64,000 nucleotides of DNA from Eledone cirrhosa (GCA_964016885.1 OZ024746.1:62186001-62250000); one strand, 5' to 3'. Shown: positions 1-12,514, numbered from the stretch's first letter. Notes: a model not told the origin generated them from the letters alone. Made by a program: numbers and translations.

Positions 1-157
1 GCCATGTTTTTGCGCCCTCTTAAGAAACCGTAATGTTCCTTGATTGACAATCGCTAGTAGGACAACACAATTGGGTCGAAATTATCCAAACAACTCATTC
101 ATGTCCTATTGCCCTCTTTTCAATGAAAAAAAAAACTTCCTCTTCGTTGCATTCATA

Positions 158-162
<5 letters not shown>

Positions 163-216
<54 letters not shown>

Positions 217-238
217 ACACACACACACACACACATAT

Positions 239-272
<34 letters not shown>
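163..272. repeat. (CA)n(CT)n compound microsatellite
   Basis: Read directly from the sequence. Confidence 0.95.
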
Positions 273-274
<2 letters not shown>

Positions 275-574
275 TTCTAATACAATCCTCACTGCTTTCC
301 TTTATATATTTTATTTTGTTTTCATTCAATCACTCCTCTGTTCATTCTGTATACCTTCTGCAGATACTTCTACTTCTTTGCTTTCTACCTTTTATCCGTT
401 CACTATGCCACTGTAGAGTTTTTGTGTGTGTAAATATATCTATCATACACACATTAAATATATACATGTGTGAGTGTGAATGTATATATATATATGTACG
501 CACATACGCACATACATACATGCATGCCCGCGCACCCCGCCTATATATCCAGGAGAAGTATCTTTCTAATTGCT

Positions 575-725
575 AATACTATCTATCGGTTGCAACTCCA
601 GGTAGAAGGAGCAACGTGAAATAAAGTGTCTTGCCCAAGGACATAACGCATTGCCTGGTCCTGGAATTGAACTCACAACCTCACGATTGCGAATCCAATT
701 CTCTTACCAGTCAACCACGGGCATT
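575..725 (-). mobile_element. tRNA-derived CORE-domain SINE, degenerate
   Basis: The minus strand has a B-box-like GAGTTCAATTCC and a CORE-like GCGTTATGTCCTTGGGCAAGACAC. Homologous to 16840-16990. Confidence 0.7.
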
Positions 726-768
726 TACTCCTATATATATATGAAGGTGTTTAACTATGTACCCGACA

Positions 769-3700
769 ATGTATCCCAGTACAACCTGTCTCATGGTCGG
801 GTCGTTGGCGACTAAACTGGCAACCCCACCAAGGTTTCTTGGTGAGGAGGGTGACTTTGGACATCCTGCAGGACTAAAAATAAAACCTGTCAAAGGGCAA
901 AGGAACTCCTGGGAGCTCTTAAGAGCTCTTGGAGTCAATGGCCATCCAAAACCAGCACGGCCCGCCGAAAGGCGCTGCAGTGCCGGAAAAGTCAACTTCC
1001 TGCTACTAGTATGCTGGTAAGCTAGTACAACGTATCTCCAGACGGATAGAGTGGGTCCGTAGCTTTGGTTAGCGACTACTCTAGTGCTTGCAACACGAAC
1101 AATTAGGGCGAGGGTATAAATGCGAGGTTGGTATCTGGCGCCGGGTAACCCACCACACGGAGGAGAAAGCACCTTCTTCAAGACTTGGCTGTCAAATTCT
1201 TTCACATGTGTGTAGTAGTGGCGCCCACACACATTATTAGCTATTTGAAAAGATGATGGATTTCACAACTAACTGCACCAGGGTTCCTGTTCCTCAGGGA
1301 ACCACACTATATAGTATACCTGTTGATATAGGTCCAGCCCCTGCTTTCCCGGGTCCTGTTTCTGATCATAATGCACCTATAAAGGCATCGAGTGATGATG
1401 AATCCTCAAATCTCAAGGGATGGGGTTCATCTGATGGAGAAGAAACAGGTCCTAACCAAACAACAAGCAAATCTCGCTTAGTTAGCTGTAAAAAGCAAAT
1501 AATAGTTAGCTCCTTGAACACCAGAACCCTCCTTCCAACAGGTAGACTCCAGGAGCTGGCAGAGAATGCCAAACTTCAGAACATTGGCATCCTTGCGGTC
1601 CAAGAACACCGCTTTTTCCACCCAAAGGATGATCTCAAGTATCACACCCTAGGATCCTACCAACTTGTCACCTCTTCAGCCACCAAGAACCCTGTCAATG
1701 CCTCCGTCGGAGGAGTCGGCTGCCTTCTCTCATCTAAAGCCAGCAATAATCTTCTGGGGATTGAAACAATCTCTCCCAGAATCTTGGTGCTTATACTAGA
1801 GGGCAATCCTAGAACCACTGCGATATGTGTATACAGTCCTCATAACGCCTCTCCTGAGGATGAGGTAAGAGAATTCTACACGACCCTTCGCACAGTTGTT
1901 GAGCAAGTACCCTTACACAACTTTCTTATCACTGGAGACCTCAACGCTCAACTTGGCCCGGATGAAGTAAAGTTCACATACAATAGGGTTACTAACCGAA
2001 ACGGGGAATATCTCAAGGACTTCATGGAAGAATTCAGTCTATTCAGCTCAAACAACAGCTTCATGAAGACCAGAGGCCAGCTTTGGACCTTCGAATACCC
2101 AAACCAAAAACAAGCTCAGATTGACTATTTGATATTTCGCAAGAAATGGAGAAACTCAATCAAAGATTCTAGATCTTATTCCTCCTTTAGCTCTGTTGGC
2201 TCAGATCATCGAGTCATCTCGGCAACAATCAAACTTAGCCTCAGGATATCCAAGAGGGCCGAACCTCATCCCATGAAAAGAATAGACTGGAAAGCCGTTT
2301 CTTCCAACAAACAACTATCCAATAGCTTCACGCTTCAAGTCTATAACAGATTTCAATCTCTCTCAACTTCTGACATCAATGACGATAATATTGAGGATGT
2401 GTATGACTGTCTTAAGCAATCAACAGAGGAAGTCGCACTTGCCACTCTACCTAAAAAGAAAAGCCGAAGCCAAATGAAACCTAGTGCCTCAGAGAAGGTA
2501 GCTGAGGCAAGGGCCCATCTTAGGCCAACATCCCAATCTCACCATCAATCACCATCTCAAGGGAAAAAGATACAGCTTATCGTGGCCAAAAAATCACTAG
2601 ACGACGCTTATCTTAATACTGAAGCCGACTATATCTCAGGTAGGATTGATCAGCTATCGCAACATCACATCAGCAAACACCATCATCTTCCTTGGAAGGT
2701 TGTCAAAGATCTTTCAGGCAAAAACTCAAACTCTGCAGTTAGAATCAAAGGAGGCTCTGCCAAAAAACGTCTTGAAAATTGGTCTGCTCATTTTAAAAAC
2801 CTTCTAGGGAAAAAGGCCAGACTCCCTGATAACTATCAACTGCCATCCGTTCAGGTTTCAGAGCCTTTAGGAATCAACACCTCTCCTTTCACCATGCCTG
2901 AGATCAAAGAAGCCATCAAACAGCTCAAAGCCTCAAAAGCCTTTGGGCCGGATAATATACCTACCCTGATTTGGAAGGATGAGCATTTCCACATCCTTTT
3001 GCTCAACTTATGTAACCATACTTTCGAGACCAATAAACCAACTAGCGTCTGGCATGCAGCTCAAATTATCCCCATGCCCCAAAAAGGAGAGCTTTCTTTA
3101 GCCACCAACTATAGAGGAATTTCTCTCATGGCAATTGCTGTAAAAATATACAACAAGCTTCTTCTTAACCGCTTAATCCCATTTCTTGAGCCAATCCTTC
3201 GTAACAACCAGAATAGATTTAGGAGAGGTAGATCAACACTTAGCCAGATTCTCTGCCTTCGCCGACTTATAGAGGAGTCCCAAAACCGCAATCTAGACCT
3301 TGCACTCATCTTTGTTGATTTTTCAAAAGCCTTCGACTCAGTTGACAGGTCGGAGATGTTTGAAATTCTACAACTCTATGGGATTCCTGATAAAATCATC
3401 GCGGCCATACGTGTAATGTATACAGATACCAAATCAACTGTCCTGACCCCAGATGGGGAAACACAACCTTTCTCAATCCTCGCTGGAATTTTACAGGGCG
3501 ATACCCTTGCTCCTTATCTATTTATCATTGTTGTGGATTATATTCTGCGAATGTCTGTGGATAGGATTCAGGTTAGGGGATACCAACTACAGCCTAGGAG
3601 AAGCTCACGCTACCCAGCAAAATACTTGACCGACACCGACTTTGCTGACGACATCGCATTGACCAGTCGGTCACTGGAAAATGCTGAGAGTCTTTTGAGG

Positions 3701-4406
3701 TCATTAGAGCAAGCGTCCAACTGTGTTGGACTGTACCTCAACGAATCCAAGACTGAGTGTGTGAACAGATGCGCAAACACCCCAAACTACTCCATCAGAA
3801 CCCTTAATGGTACCACCCTTAAGCAGGTGGAAGATTACAAGTATCTTGGCTCATATATCTCCTCCTCCAAAAAAGATTTTCTAACCAGGAAGGGTATGGC
3901 ATGGTCAGCGTGCAATGACATGCACGCCATATGGACATCTCAACTTACCAACAAGCTAAAACTGGAAATATTCCAAGCAACCATTAAGCCCATATTACTT
4001 TATGGATCCGAAACTTGGACACTAACATCACAACTTGAGAGGAGATTGGATGGCACATATACCCGCCTCTTAATGAGAGTGCAAAACCTATCCTGGAAAC
4101 GACATCCCACCTTGTCTAAAATCTATGGCAAACTCCCTCGAGCCTCTGCCCTTCTAAAATCCCGGAGAGCTCAATTTGCTGGCCACTGTCACCGTGCCAG
4201 CAATGAAATCATATCCGCTCTCTTGCTCTGGAACCCTGACTCCTGCCTGACTAGGAGTAGGAAGCTGTCATTCCCTGACGTTATCTATAGGGATACGGGA
4301 ATCAGTAGACAGGACCTGGGGGCAGCGATGGGGGACAGGGAATTCTGGGGCATGAGAGTGAGATCCATCATCTCGACAGTAGTCGACGAGTGATAATGTG
4401 GTGGTG
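769..4406 (+). mobile_element. RTE-clade non-LTR retrotransposon, near full length
   Basis: Flanked by a 12-bp TSD ATGTACCCGACA (757-768 and 4407-4418). ~480-bp 5' UTR, a single APE-RT ORF, a very short 3' UTR ending in a GTG-repeat tail, and a terminal CTCGAC/GTCGACGAG stem-loop. Confidence 0.92.
1253..4393 (+). CDS. APE endonuclease + reverse transcriptase polyprotein (RTE clade), 1046 aa, uninterrupted
   Basis: APE motifs LNTRTL, LAVQEHR, GDLNAQ, QIDYL, SDH. RT motifs NYRGISL, FVDFSKAFDSV, GILQGDTLAPYLF, FADD, YKYLGS. RTE-type C-terminus LLYGSETW...FAGH. Confidence 0.95.
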   Translation: MMDFTTNCTRVPVPQGTTLYSIPVDIGPAPAFPGPVSDHNAPIKASSDDESSNLKGWGSSDGEETGPNQTTSKSRLVSCKKQIIVSSLNTRTLLPTGRLQELAENAKLQNIGILAVQEHRFFHPKDDLKYHTLGSYQLVTSSATKNPVNASVGGVGCLLSSKASNNLLGIETISPRILVLILEGNPRTTAICVYSPHNASPEDEVREFYTTLRTVVEQVPLHNFLITGDLNAQLGPDEVKFTYNRVTNRNGEYLKDFMEEFSLFSSNNSFMKTRGQLWTFEYPNQKQAQIDYLIFRKKWRNSIKDSRSYSSFSSVGSDHRVISATIKLSLRISKRAEPHPMKRIDWKAVSSNKQLSNSFTLQVYNRFQSLSTSDINDDNIEDVYDCLKQSTEEVALATLPKKKSRSQMKPSASEKVAEARAHLRPTSQSHHQSPSQGKKIQLIVAKKSLDDAYLNTEADYISGRIDQLSQHHISKHHHLPWKVVKDLSGKNSNSAVRIKGGSAKKRLENWSAHFKNLLGKKARLPDNYQLPSVQVSEPLGINTSPFTMPEIKEAIKQLKASKAFGPDNIPTLIWKDEHFHILLLNLCNHTFETNKPTSVWHAAQIIPMPQKGELSLATNYRGISLMAIAVKIYNKLLLNRLIPFLEPILRNNQNRFRRGRSTLSQILCLRRLIEESQNRNLDLALIFVDFSKAFDSVDRSEMFEILQLYGIPDKIIAAIRVMYTDTKSTVLTPDGETQPFSILAGILQGDTLAPYLFIIVVDYILRMSVDRIQVRGYQLQPRRSSRYPAKYLTDTDFADDIALTSRSLENAESLLRSLEQASNCVGLYLNESKTECVNRCANTPNYSIRTLNGTTLKQVEDYKYLGSYISSSKKDFLTRKGMAWSACNDMHAIWTSQLTNKLKLEIFQATIKPILLYGSETWTLTSQLERRLDGTYTRLLMRVQNLSWKRHPTLSKIYGKLPRASALLKSRRAQFAGHCHRASNEIISALLLWNPDSCLTRSRKLSFPDVIYRDTGISRQDLGAAMGDREFWGMRVRSIISTVVDE

Positions 4407-4641
4407 ATGTACCCGACATCCCAGATCATTGACAACTCTCCGTGACAGACAAGAAAAACAACAAACTTTTAGGATTTTTTGCTTAGATTTTCTTGCTTTT
4501 TTTACTTTGACTGCATGCCCATATATGGACTGTACCCCTTGATAAGCTCAGCTAGATTCGCGCCGTTCTAATACTGTTGGCTTAGCTCGGATCTAGCTGT
4601 CGAAACGGCCGGAGCTCAGACGTCGGTATCGTGACTCTTTT

Positions 4642-4643
<2 letters not shown>

Positions 4644-4732
<89 letters not shown>
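4644..4732. repeat. (TA)n(GA)n microsatellite
   Basis: Read directly from the sequence. Confidence 0.95.
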
Positions 4733-4736
<4 letters not shown>

Positions 4737-4959
4737 CAGTAATCAAAGTTCAGTTTAAGTCATTTATTTGCTTACAATTGTTTCCTCCAAACCGAGGTTT
4801 GGGTTCTTCGGAGCAACTATTTACTGATTATCTATTTATTTTACTGGTAATAGGATAGTAATTAATGACTATCTCTCACTATTTAGGGTTTGTGTATATA
4901 TAATATATTACCATTAAAGGTTTTATTGCATACATAACCATAAATAGTACCCTTAATAC

Positions 4960-4991
<32 letters not shown>

Positions 4992-5170
4992 TATAAAGGA
5001 TAACAAAATATCCTTATAGGTAATCCAATTAGAGATTGTGAATACTTCCTATTATGGATAGCTTTAGCGTACGGCGTTGCTTGACTCAATAAGAGGTTTA
5101 CGTAGATGACGAGTTTATGATTTCACTTGTATTTCCTGTGTAAGTTTATCTTGGAGTAATAAAAGTAATA

Positions 5171-5204
<34 letters not shown>

Positions 5205-5306
5205 ATTTATATATTTATTCGAGCCCTCTTTGGATTTTAGTCTTCAAATTTATTATTATTACTATATTACTATATTTATATATATATTTATATTATATTA
5301 TTACTA

Positions 5307-5400
5307 TTTGCCTTTCATCCTTACGGGGTCGATAAAATAAAGTACCAGTAATGCACTGGGATAATTGCTGGCCTTGTGTCTAAAGTAGAAACAATTATTA
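5307..5400 (+). mobile_element. 3' half of a Meta-domain SINE
   Basis: TTTGCCTTTCATCCTTACGGGGTCGATAAAATAAAGTACCAG matches the copies at 8221 and 12325. Confidence 0.8.
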
Positions 5401-5436
5401 CTATATTTATATATATATTTATATTATATATATATA

Positions 5437-5476
<40 letters not shown>

Positions 5477-5477
<1 letters not shown>

Positions 5478-6330
5478 CTGTCGAAATATTCGAGAAATAT
5501 TCTGCTACGGCCGACGCGAAGGGCTAGTTTTGGTTATTTGTCGGAGATTTCTTCATAGAAGCCTCATTCTTATAGCCTGGTCTATTCGATTTTTTATATA
5601 GTTAATTATGCTAATTGGGAGAGGAAATAGTATATATTTTATCTTGTGATTCTATAGACATGTTTTATGATATATAGCTCTGATTATTTAATTTATTAAT
5701 TTTTCATTGAGCCACAAAGTGACCAGTTGCAAAACACGTATATGTATATATATGTATATATATATATGTAAACTTTTATATGTAATAATCTCCCATTAGG
5801 TTGAGATACAAATTTGGCTGTATTGTGCTGTGCTTTCTAGCAAAAATGCCACCAGTCGTAAGCAACTACCACACCCCTTCCAACCTGACCGCGACTACGT
5901 CACGATTTTTTAGCCATTTTGAATGAATTCTTGGCGCGATCACTTTGGAAAATTTAGTGTCTAGATAAGAGCGAACTTCCTGATGAATCCGGTGCTCGAG
6001 TTTATATAATTATTACATAATTATTGGAAGACTCAAAATACGGATGAAACCATGGTAGAGGTATTTAAATGTATTCTATTTTCTCCTAGTTTATTTTACA
6101 CCTAATTCTGTTTAGTTGACTGTATCTGGGCGATTACGCTGTCGAAATATTCGATAAATATTCCGCTACGGCCGACGCGAAGGGCTAGTTTTGGTTATTT
6201 GTCGGAGATTTTTTCATAGAAGCCTCATTCTTATAGCCTGGTCTATTCGATTTTTTATATAGTTAATTATGCTAATTGGGAGAGGAAATAGTATATATTT
6301 TATCTTGTGATTCTATAGACATGTTTTATG

Positions 6331-6337
<7 letters not shown>
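5477..6337 (+). mobile_element. Hammerhead-containing element with ~200-bp terminal direct repeats (661-bp period); retrozyme- or Penelope-pLTR-like
   Basis: 5477-5676 is repeated at 6138-6337. A hammerhead lies between the two repeats, and (TA)n flanks both sides. Confidence 0.7.
5975..6062 (+). ncRNA. Type I hammerhead ribozyme
   Basis: Stem I ACTTC/GAGGT; core CTGATGA (5980-5986); stem II ATCCG/CGGAT with a long insert; GAAA (6046-6049); palindromic stem III ACCATGGT; GUA cleavage triplet ending at 6057. Confidence 0.85.
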
Positions 6338-6366
<29 letters not shown>

Positions 6367-6367
6367 A

Positions 6368-6967
6368 TATGTATACGTACATACATATATGTATACAGAC
6401 GTACAGTAGTATGTATATATATACATACATGCACACATATATACATACACGTATCGGTTTACCGAACATTTATTATAATGCTCGGTTTGTTTGTTTGTAA
6501 ACAAACAAACAGCCCGAATTACGCCGTACAGTGTTTAGGCAACCACGTCACAATTTTTGTTCAACATTGACACAGGAACGATGTACTAGTTTCAAGTTTA
6601 TTAGCTATCGTCAGCATCGTATACCTTCCTGCCAGATGGTTGAACGTCTGAAAGTATATACTTTCCTTATGCATATTAACGGCTGAGCAGCCTAATTTGC
6701 ATATCGAGTGAGTTCAGTCGGCCGGGCACACCGAAAACGATAAATGGAATAGAATGAAACGAAATTTCATTTCTCACTCTTAGTACGTGGTTGCCTAAAC
6801 ACTACGGCGTAATTCGGGCGGTTTGTTTGTTTACAAACAAACAAACCGAGCATTATAATAAATGTTCGGTAAACCGATACGTGCATGTATATATGTGTGC
6901 ATGTATGTATATATATACATACTACTGTACGTCTGTATACATATATGTATGTACGTATACATACATA
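6368..6967. mobile_element. Foldback/MITE-like element with ~180-bp inverted repeats
   Basis: 6368-6548 is the reverse complement of 6785-6967 with few mismatches. Confidence 0.75.
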
Positions 6968-7045
6968 CTTACATTTAAGTAAGTGCTGTACTAAGAGTGA
7001 GAAATGAAATTTCGTTTCATTCTATTCCATTTATATATATATATT

Positions 7046-7100
<55 letters not shown>

Positions 7101-7107
<7 letters not shown>

Positions 7108-7940
7108 ATACTTGGGGAGGGTCATATTTGTGTAATATTGCCAGAATTAATAACAGAACACACTCACTGTTTGGTTGGTTTTCGCTTTTCGCTTCTGTGT
7201 CTTTTATATCGGTTATCTAATTTATTCGGTCCTCAATGTTGCCATTGACTGACCAACGGTAAAAAATAATACAGATACAATATAGACACAAACACATATA
7301 TGTAGTTTATCTAAACATAGAAATGACCCAGCAGATAGGCAAATCAGAGAGGCCAGTAAAATAGAACTTAGAAGGCCAAGGCTAAACAGAAAGAATGAAT
7401 GGAGTAACAACAACACCCAAACAAACAACACTGACCTAAGAGAAGTATAAATAAATAAATAGATAAATAAATAAATAAATACATACACAAGCACAATAAC
7501 AACAAACACATATAAACACACACTAGTAAAGATAGAATACATTAACCAATACACAGTCACCCAATAACGAACACATATCAAACAAAACACTATACACACA
7601 CGCAAACGCATGCGCAAAGAAGACAAAATAAAATAAACAAATAAATAAATATATAAACAGACTAAATAAAGATGGCGTAGAAAATACAATGTAACGGGGG
7701 GAAACAATAGCACCACTGACGATGTTGCAGATGTGCAACGAAAGAACTTTGTGTCTATATTGTATCTGTATTATTTTTGACCGTTGATCAGTCAATGGCA
7801 ACATTGAGGACCGAGTAAGTTAGATTACCGATATAAAAGACACAGAAGCGAAAAGCGAAAACCAACCAAACAGTGAGTGTGTTCTGTTATTAATTCTGGC
7901 AATATTACACAAATATGACCCTCCCCAAGTATAACAATAT
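7101..7940. mobile_element. MITE with ~190-bp TIRs adjacent to (TA)n
   Basis: TATTGTTATACTTGGGGAGGGTCAT... (7101-7292) is inverted at 7748-7940. A related terminus occurs at ~46250-46274. Confidence 0.8.
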
Positions 7941-7994
7941 TTGTTTCGACACACGATTTCATATCAAAAACCTCGCAAAACTAATTCATCGCCG

Positions 7995-8050
<56 letters not shown>

Positions 8051-8220
8051 AGATCGATCTATAATATATAACGATCACGTGGCTCTATTATAGTTCTATG
8101 AGAGAATTAGCGCTAAAAATCCAAGAACTCAGAGAGCTGCAAACTGAGCTATAAAACAATACCTCAAAGGAGCAACATTATTGCACACTATTTCGTGCTG
8201 AAATAATGTGCAATAATGTT

Positions 8221-8411
8221 GGGGCGGTGGATTGGCAGTATCGGTAGAGGGTCGGACGCCATGCTTTCCAGCATAGTTACGTCCCTTTACGATCTGAGTT
8301 CAAATCCCGCCGAGGTTGACTTTGCCTTTCATCCTTACGGGGTCGATAAAATAAAGTACCAGTAATACACTGGGTCATTGCTGGCCTTGTGCCTAAAGTA
8401 GAAACAATTAT
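8221..8411 (+). mobile_element. tRNA-derived Meta-domain SINE
   Basis: A-box-like TGGCAGTATCGG, B-box GAGTTCAAATCC, and central GACTTTGCCTTTCATCCTTACGGGGTCGATAAAA. Confidence 0.85.
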
Positions 8412-8623
8412 TTCGTGCTGAAATTTTATTACAACTACGTTAAGGTTGCATGGGTTCAAAGCATTCGATACACTCTTTAAAGAAACGAATTATTAGCTGC
8501 GTGGTTGAAAAGTTTGCTTTAAAAACGCCTGGTTTTTATTTCAGTAGCACTGAGTAGTATATTGGATAGGTGGGGTTGTTCTTAGTTTTACATAATATAC
8601 ATAATAACCCCAAGTTGATTTAA

Positions 8624-8833
8624 CCCTTTAGCATTTACATTACTCTATATATACTATTATAGTTTCATGGTAAACACTTTATCTCACATAAGTATTTCAC
8701 ATAATATCGTACCTATGAGATTTTGATATTATTTATTTTGAGAACAATACCTTAACATAGGTATGAGCAGCCGATTACAGCCGGTTTGAACAGGAAGAGA
8801 TGAGTGAATTCTCTGTTTTAAATGGCTAAACGG
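8624..8833. mobile_element. piggyBac-type MITE
   Basis: TTAA on both sides; TIR CCCTTTAGCATTTA / TAAATGGCTAAACGG. Inverted homolog of 14153-14360. Confidence 0.7.
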
Positions 8834-9198
8834 TTAATGTCTTACGAATGAAATTTGTTAGACATAAACTGGCTAATTTCATTAGCAGGCTGTTCTGTCG
8901 GTTGAATATCTGAAGCACTCGTGGCTGTAGCCGACGGAGGTCCAACATACACAGTTACATATAGTTAAAATATCGTTTCTGACAGAAGCAGCAGTCATCG
9001 TGTGTGTATGGTGGTGGTGGTGGTGGGTTACAATTTGTGACTTTGAGAAATAATGGTGAAAATTTTAATTAATTCTTAGTGAAATAGTCTGGAGGGAGTG
9101 TAATTTTTGTCTTTCACAAATTTCACACATTTCAAACGGTTTTGGGTGAAGTTAAAATGGTGCGGTTGTATGTATGTATGCAAAAATGTATACACAAA

Positions 9199-9445
<247 letters not shown>

Positions 9446-9550
9446 ATTCATATATATATACCACCACCCACTCGCAAGAGCGTGAAACTAATAAACCTTT
9501 GTTCGTACTGCCTCTCTGTTTTACTATATATATATATATATATATATATA

Positions 9551-9660
9551 GAAAAAAGTATGACCCCGACGGCAGAGCTCAAGCCGTTTTGACGGCTATT
9601 TCAGTCCAGAAATAGCCGTCGAAACGGCTTGAGTTCTGCCGTCGAGGTCATACTTTTTCC
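9551..9660. repeat. ~110-bp hairpin, short palindromic MITE-like element
   Basis: GAAAAAAGTATGACCCCGACGGCAGAGCTCAAGCCGTTT pairs with AAACGGCTTGAGTTCTGCCGTCGAGGTCATACTTTTTCC. A diverged half copy is at ~4597-4643. Confidence 0.75.
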
Positions 9661-10712
9661 TATTTCCCACTCTACTACCCTAAGTATTGAGTACTCTGGT
9701 GTGTTATGGTCCATCTGGTTCCTTACCACAATTCCTTTGTTATATATATAAATAATTTTGAGATAGAGCGCCCGAGTAAACATCACGGGCGCTCTATCTC
9801 AAGATTATTTTTGAAAAGCATTAGAAATGCGCAACCGGTAAAAACTTAAAACTAAAACTGAATACTAACCAATACTTATTCCTAATTAAACTATTTTTCA
9901 CTGGGAACAATTTGTCACCATTTTCTTTTCCTTTTACTAATATATCACAACTCGTGTGTTACACCTCTATTCTTTTAAATATATATATATATATATATAT
10001 ATAGCTCTGTCAGAAAGACGAAACAAACAAAGCGACACCTTCTGACAACACAGTCACCTCTTATACAACTTTTGCAGGAAATATTTCCACATCACATTGG
10101 TTGGAAGCATTGTTTCGCTTTAAATATAAATGAGATGGAACACATGGAAGCTGCTGTAAGTTGCTAGTATCTTAATGTATTCTATCGTCCTTTCCCTGCG
10201 GCCTCCAGCTCTACGACTGAAGAATTAGTTATATAAGCTTACACATGAGAAATCCTTTTATGTATAACTGTATAACTTTCAATTTTAGGGTCGCCTCATG
10301 CAAGCGCTACTTATATAATATTACTTTACAGACGAACTGTCATCGTAATGAGAGAAAAGAAGCACGTAATCACATAAAACTAACACGATTCGTTAGAACA
10401 AAGGCTCTGAAAGACTGACTCGGTAGCATCTGTGTTAAATAACTTGCTTGAGGCGAGGTGACTGCTGTAATATTTTCATTTCTTAAACAGCTTTTGACTT
10501 CTTTCGTTAGTCCCTTAAAAGTTGCAAGTATTTAATTACCATTTAACCTCTTTTTAAAATGAAAGGAATAAAAAGTTATGTCACCTCAAATTTTAGCCAT
10601 GACTTATTCTCACAAGTTTACGGTTATGTCAGTGCATTTATATAAAAGGTGATATATTGAGTATTTACTGATATTTTGCTGTATAAACTACCTACATGTA
10701 TGTGTGAATGTA

Positions 10713-10813
10713 AGTTGACCTCGGCGGGATTTGAACTTATAGCGTTGAGTCGAAACAGATACGGTAAAATATTCTATTCAACGGTCTAACGACTTTGCCA
10801 AATTCGCCGCCTT
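10713..10813 (-). mobile_element. 5' part of a Meta-domain SINE
   Basis: GTTGACCTCGGCGGGATTTGAACT is the reverse complement of the SINE B-box region. Confidence 0.7.
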
Positions 10814-10893
10814 GAATACTAAACCTGTAAATAATTCAGTTTGAAAGAACCCAGACCATCATAATTATACAAAGCAATCAAATATTATTCATT

Positions 10894-11336
10894 ATGGCCG
10901 TGCATTGGCAGTATCAGTAGAGGGCCAGACACCATGCGTCGTAGCATAGAGTTACGACTCTTTACGTTCTGAGTTCAAAAGCCGAAATTAGCTTTGCATT
11001 TCATCCTTACGAGGTCGATAAAATAAAGCAACAGTAATGCACTTGGGATCGATTTAATCGACTTTCCCCTCCCCAAATTTTCTGGCCTTGCGCCTAAAGT
11101 AGAAACGATTATGGTCATGCATTGGCAGTATCGGTAGAGCGTCAGACACCACGTATCGATCGCAGCATAGAGTTACGGCCTTTTGCGTTCTGAGTTCAAA
11201 TCTCGCCGAGGTTAGCTTTGTCTTTCATCTTTACGAGGTCGATAAAATAAAACCACATAAATGCACTGGGGTCGATTTAATCGATTTTCCCCTCCCCCAA
11301 AATTGCTGGCCTTGTGTCTATAGTAGAAATTATTAT
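10894..11336 (+). mobile_element. Two head-to-tail Meta-domain SINE copies
   Basis: Two successive TGGCAGTATC...GAGTTCAAA...CATC(C/T)TTACGAGGTCGATAAAA...GGCCTTG units, with the boundary at ~11111. Confidence 0.8.
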
Positions 11337-11767
11337 GGCTATGTTTTTATTTTTATCTATAGCAATTGAATATTCAGGAAAGATTTAGTTATTTATAAAC
11401 ATAGAGAAAAACGGAAAAGGTACATAAAGAAAATATGGAGTAACATACAACACACACAGCTCCAGATAAAGAAATATATTGTTTATGTAAGCTTAAAATA
11501 AGTGTCCTGGTAGAATTTAAAAATTATGAGGAATTTGTGTGGAAGTATATAGAATGTGTAGTGTCTATAGAATGTCGTGAAGATGTTGATTGGAAGTCTT
11601 TCGTGTTTTCTCTTTAACTTATAATACAAACCCTATAATTGTTTGTTTTGTGTTGTATGAATGTTTAGTAAAATAAATTCAAAAATATATGACTCCATGC
11701 TATATAAAAATATGTGACTGCACGCTATATAAAATCGGAAACAAAATATTATATGACCACAATTATG

Positions 11768-11961
11768 CAAACCTGTCAACTCTCCCCGTCCGACGGGGAG
11801 ATCTCCCACCCACTTTGGGGTGGGTGAGAGATGTCTTCTCTTGTGAAAATGTGTATAGCTTTCATTGGGTAAAATCTCCCTATTTGCTTCATCTCTCCTC
11901 GTTTTGGGGCAATTTTTTTCATGGTACACCCCGTTTGGGTTTTTAGAGGTTGGCAGGTCTG
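11768..11961 (+). mobile_element. ~194-bp MITE with hAT-like TIRs
   Basis: TIR CAAACCTGTCAAC / GTTGGCAGGTCTG; ATTATG flanks both sides of this copy; homologs at 14718 and 15656. Confidence 0.75.
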
Positions 11962-12324
11962 ATTATGGAACTGTATGACTGTTAACAAACTGATGTTGTT
12001 TGAGACAATATGTTAAAGGCGGACACTGGTCGTCAGCTGGAAGGGCCGTAAAACTAACGAGTCGGCCATGGTGGAGATGAGAACAGATAGGTATACAGAA
12101 GTGAAAGCTACAATATTTTGGCCATGTCATCAGGGCCTAGGACCTCTGAACCTATATATTTTGCAGTCGTTCAACACGAAAGGTCCGAAACTTCTTGTTT
12201 AACCCTTTCCTTACTATATTTAAATGAAAGCCACAACTTAAGATATTCAAATAGTTTTGAAAATAATCAAAAATTTTCAGGGATTCACAAATACAGCTAA
12301 CTTTCTCATTATTAACCTAGTCTC

Positions 12325-12514
12325 TATGGTGGAATGGCAATATCGGTAGAGGGTCGGACGCCATGCTTTCCAGCATAGTTACGTCCCTTTACGATCTGAG
12401 TTCAAATCCCGCCGAGGTTGACTTTGCCTTTCATCCTTACGGGGTCGATAAAATAAAGTACCAGTAATGCACTGGGTAATTGCTGGCCTTGTGCCTAAAG
12501 TAGAAACAATTATT
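12325..12514 (+). mobile_element. tRNA-derived Meta-domain SINE
   Basis: Nearly identical to 8221-8411. Confidence 0.85.

Noticed and set aside
8221-8310. tRNA gene
   Set aside because: The A/B boxes belong to SINE heads; no complete cloverleaf.
12040-12135. Possible minus-strand hammerhead (GGCC-CTGATGA-CATGG...CCATG)
   Set aside because: No GAAA follows the putative stem II; at best a decayed motif.
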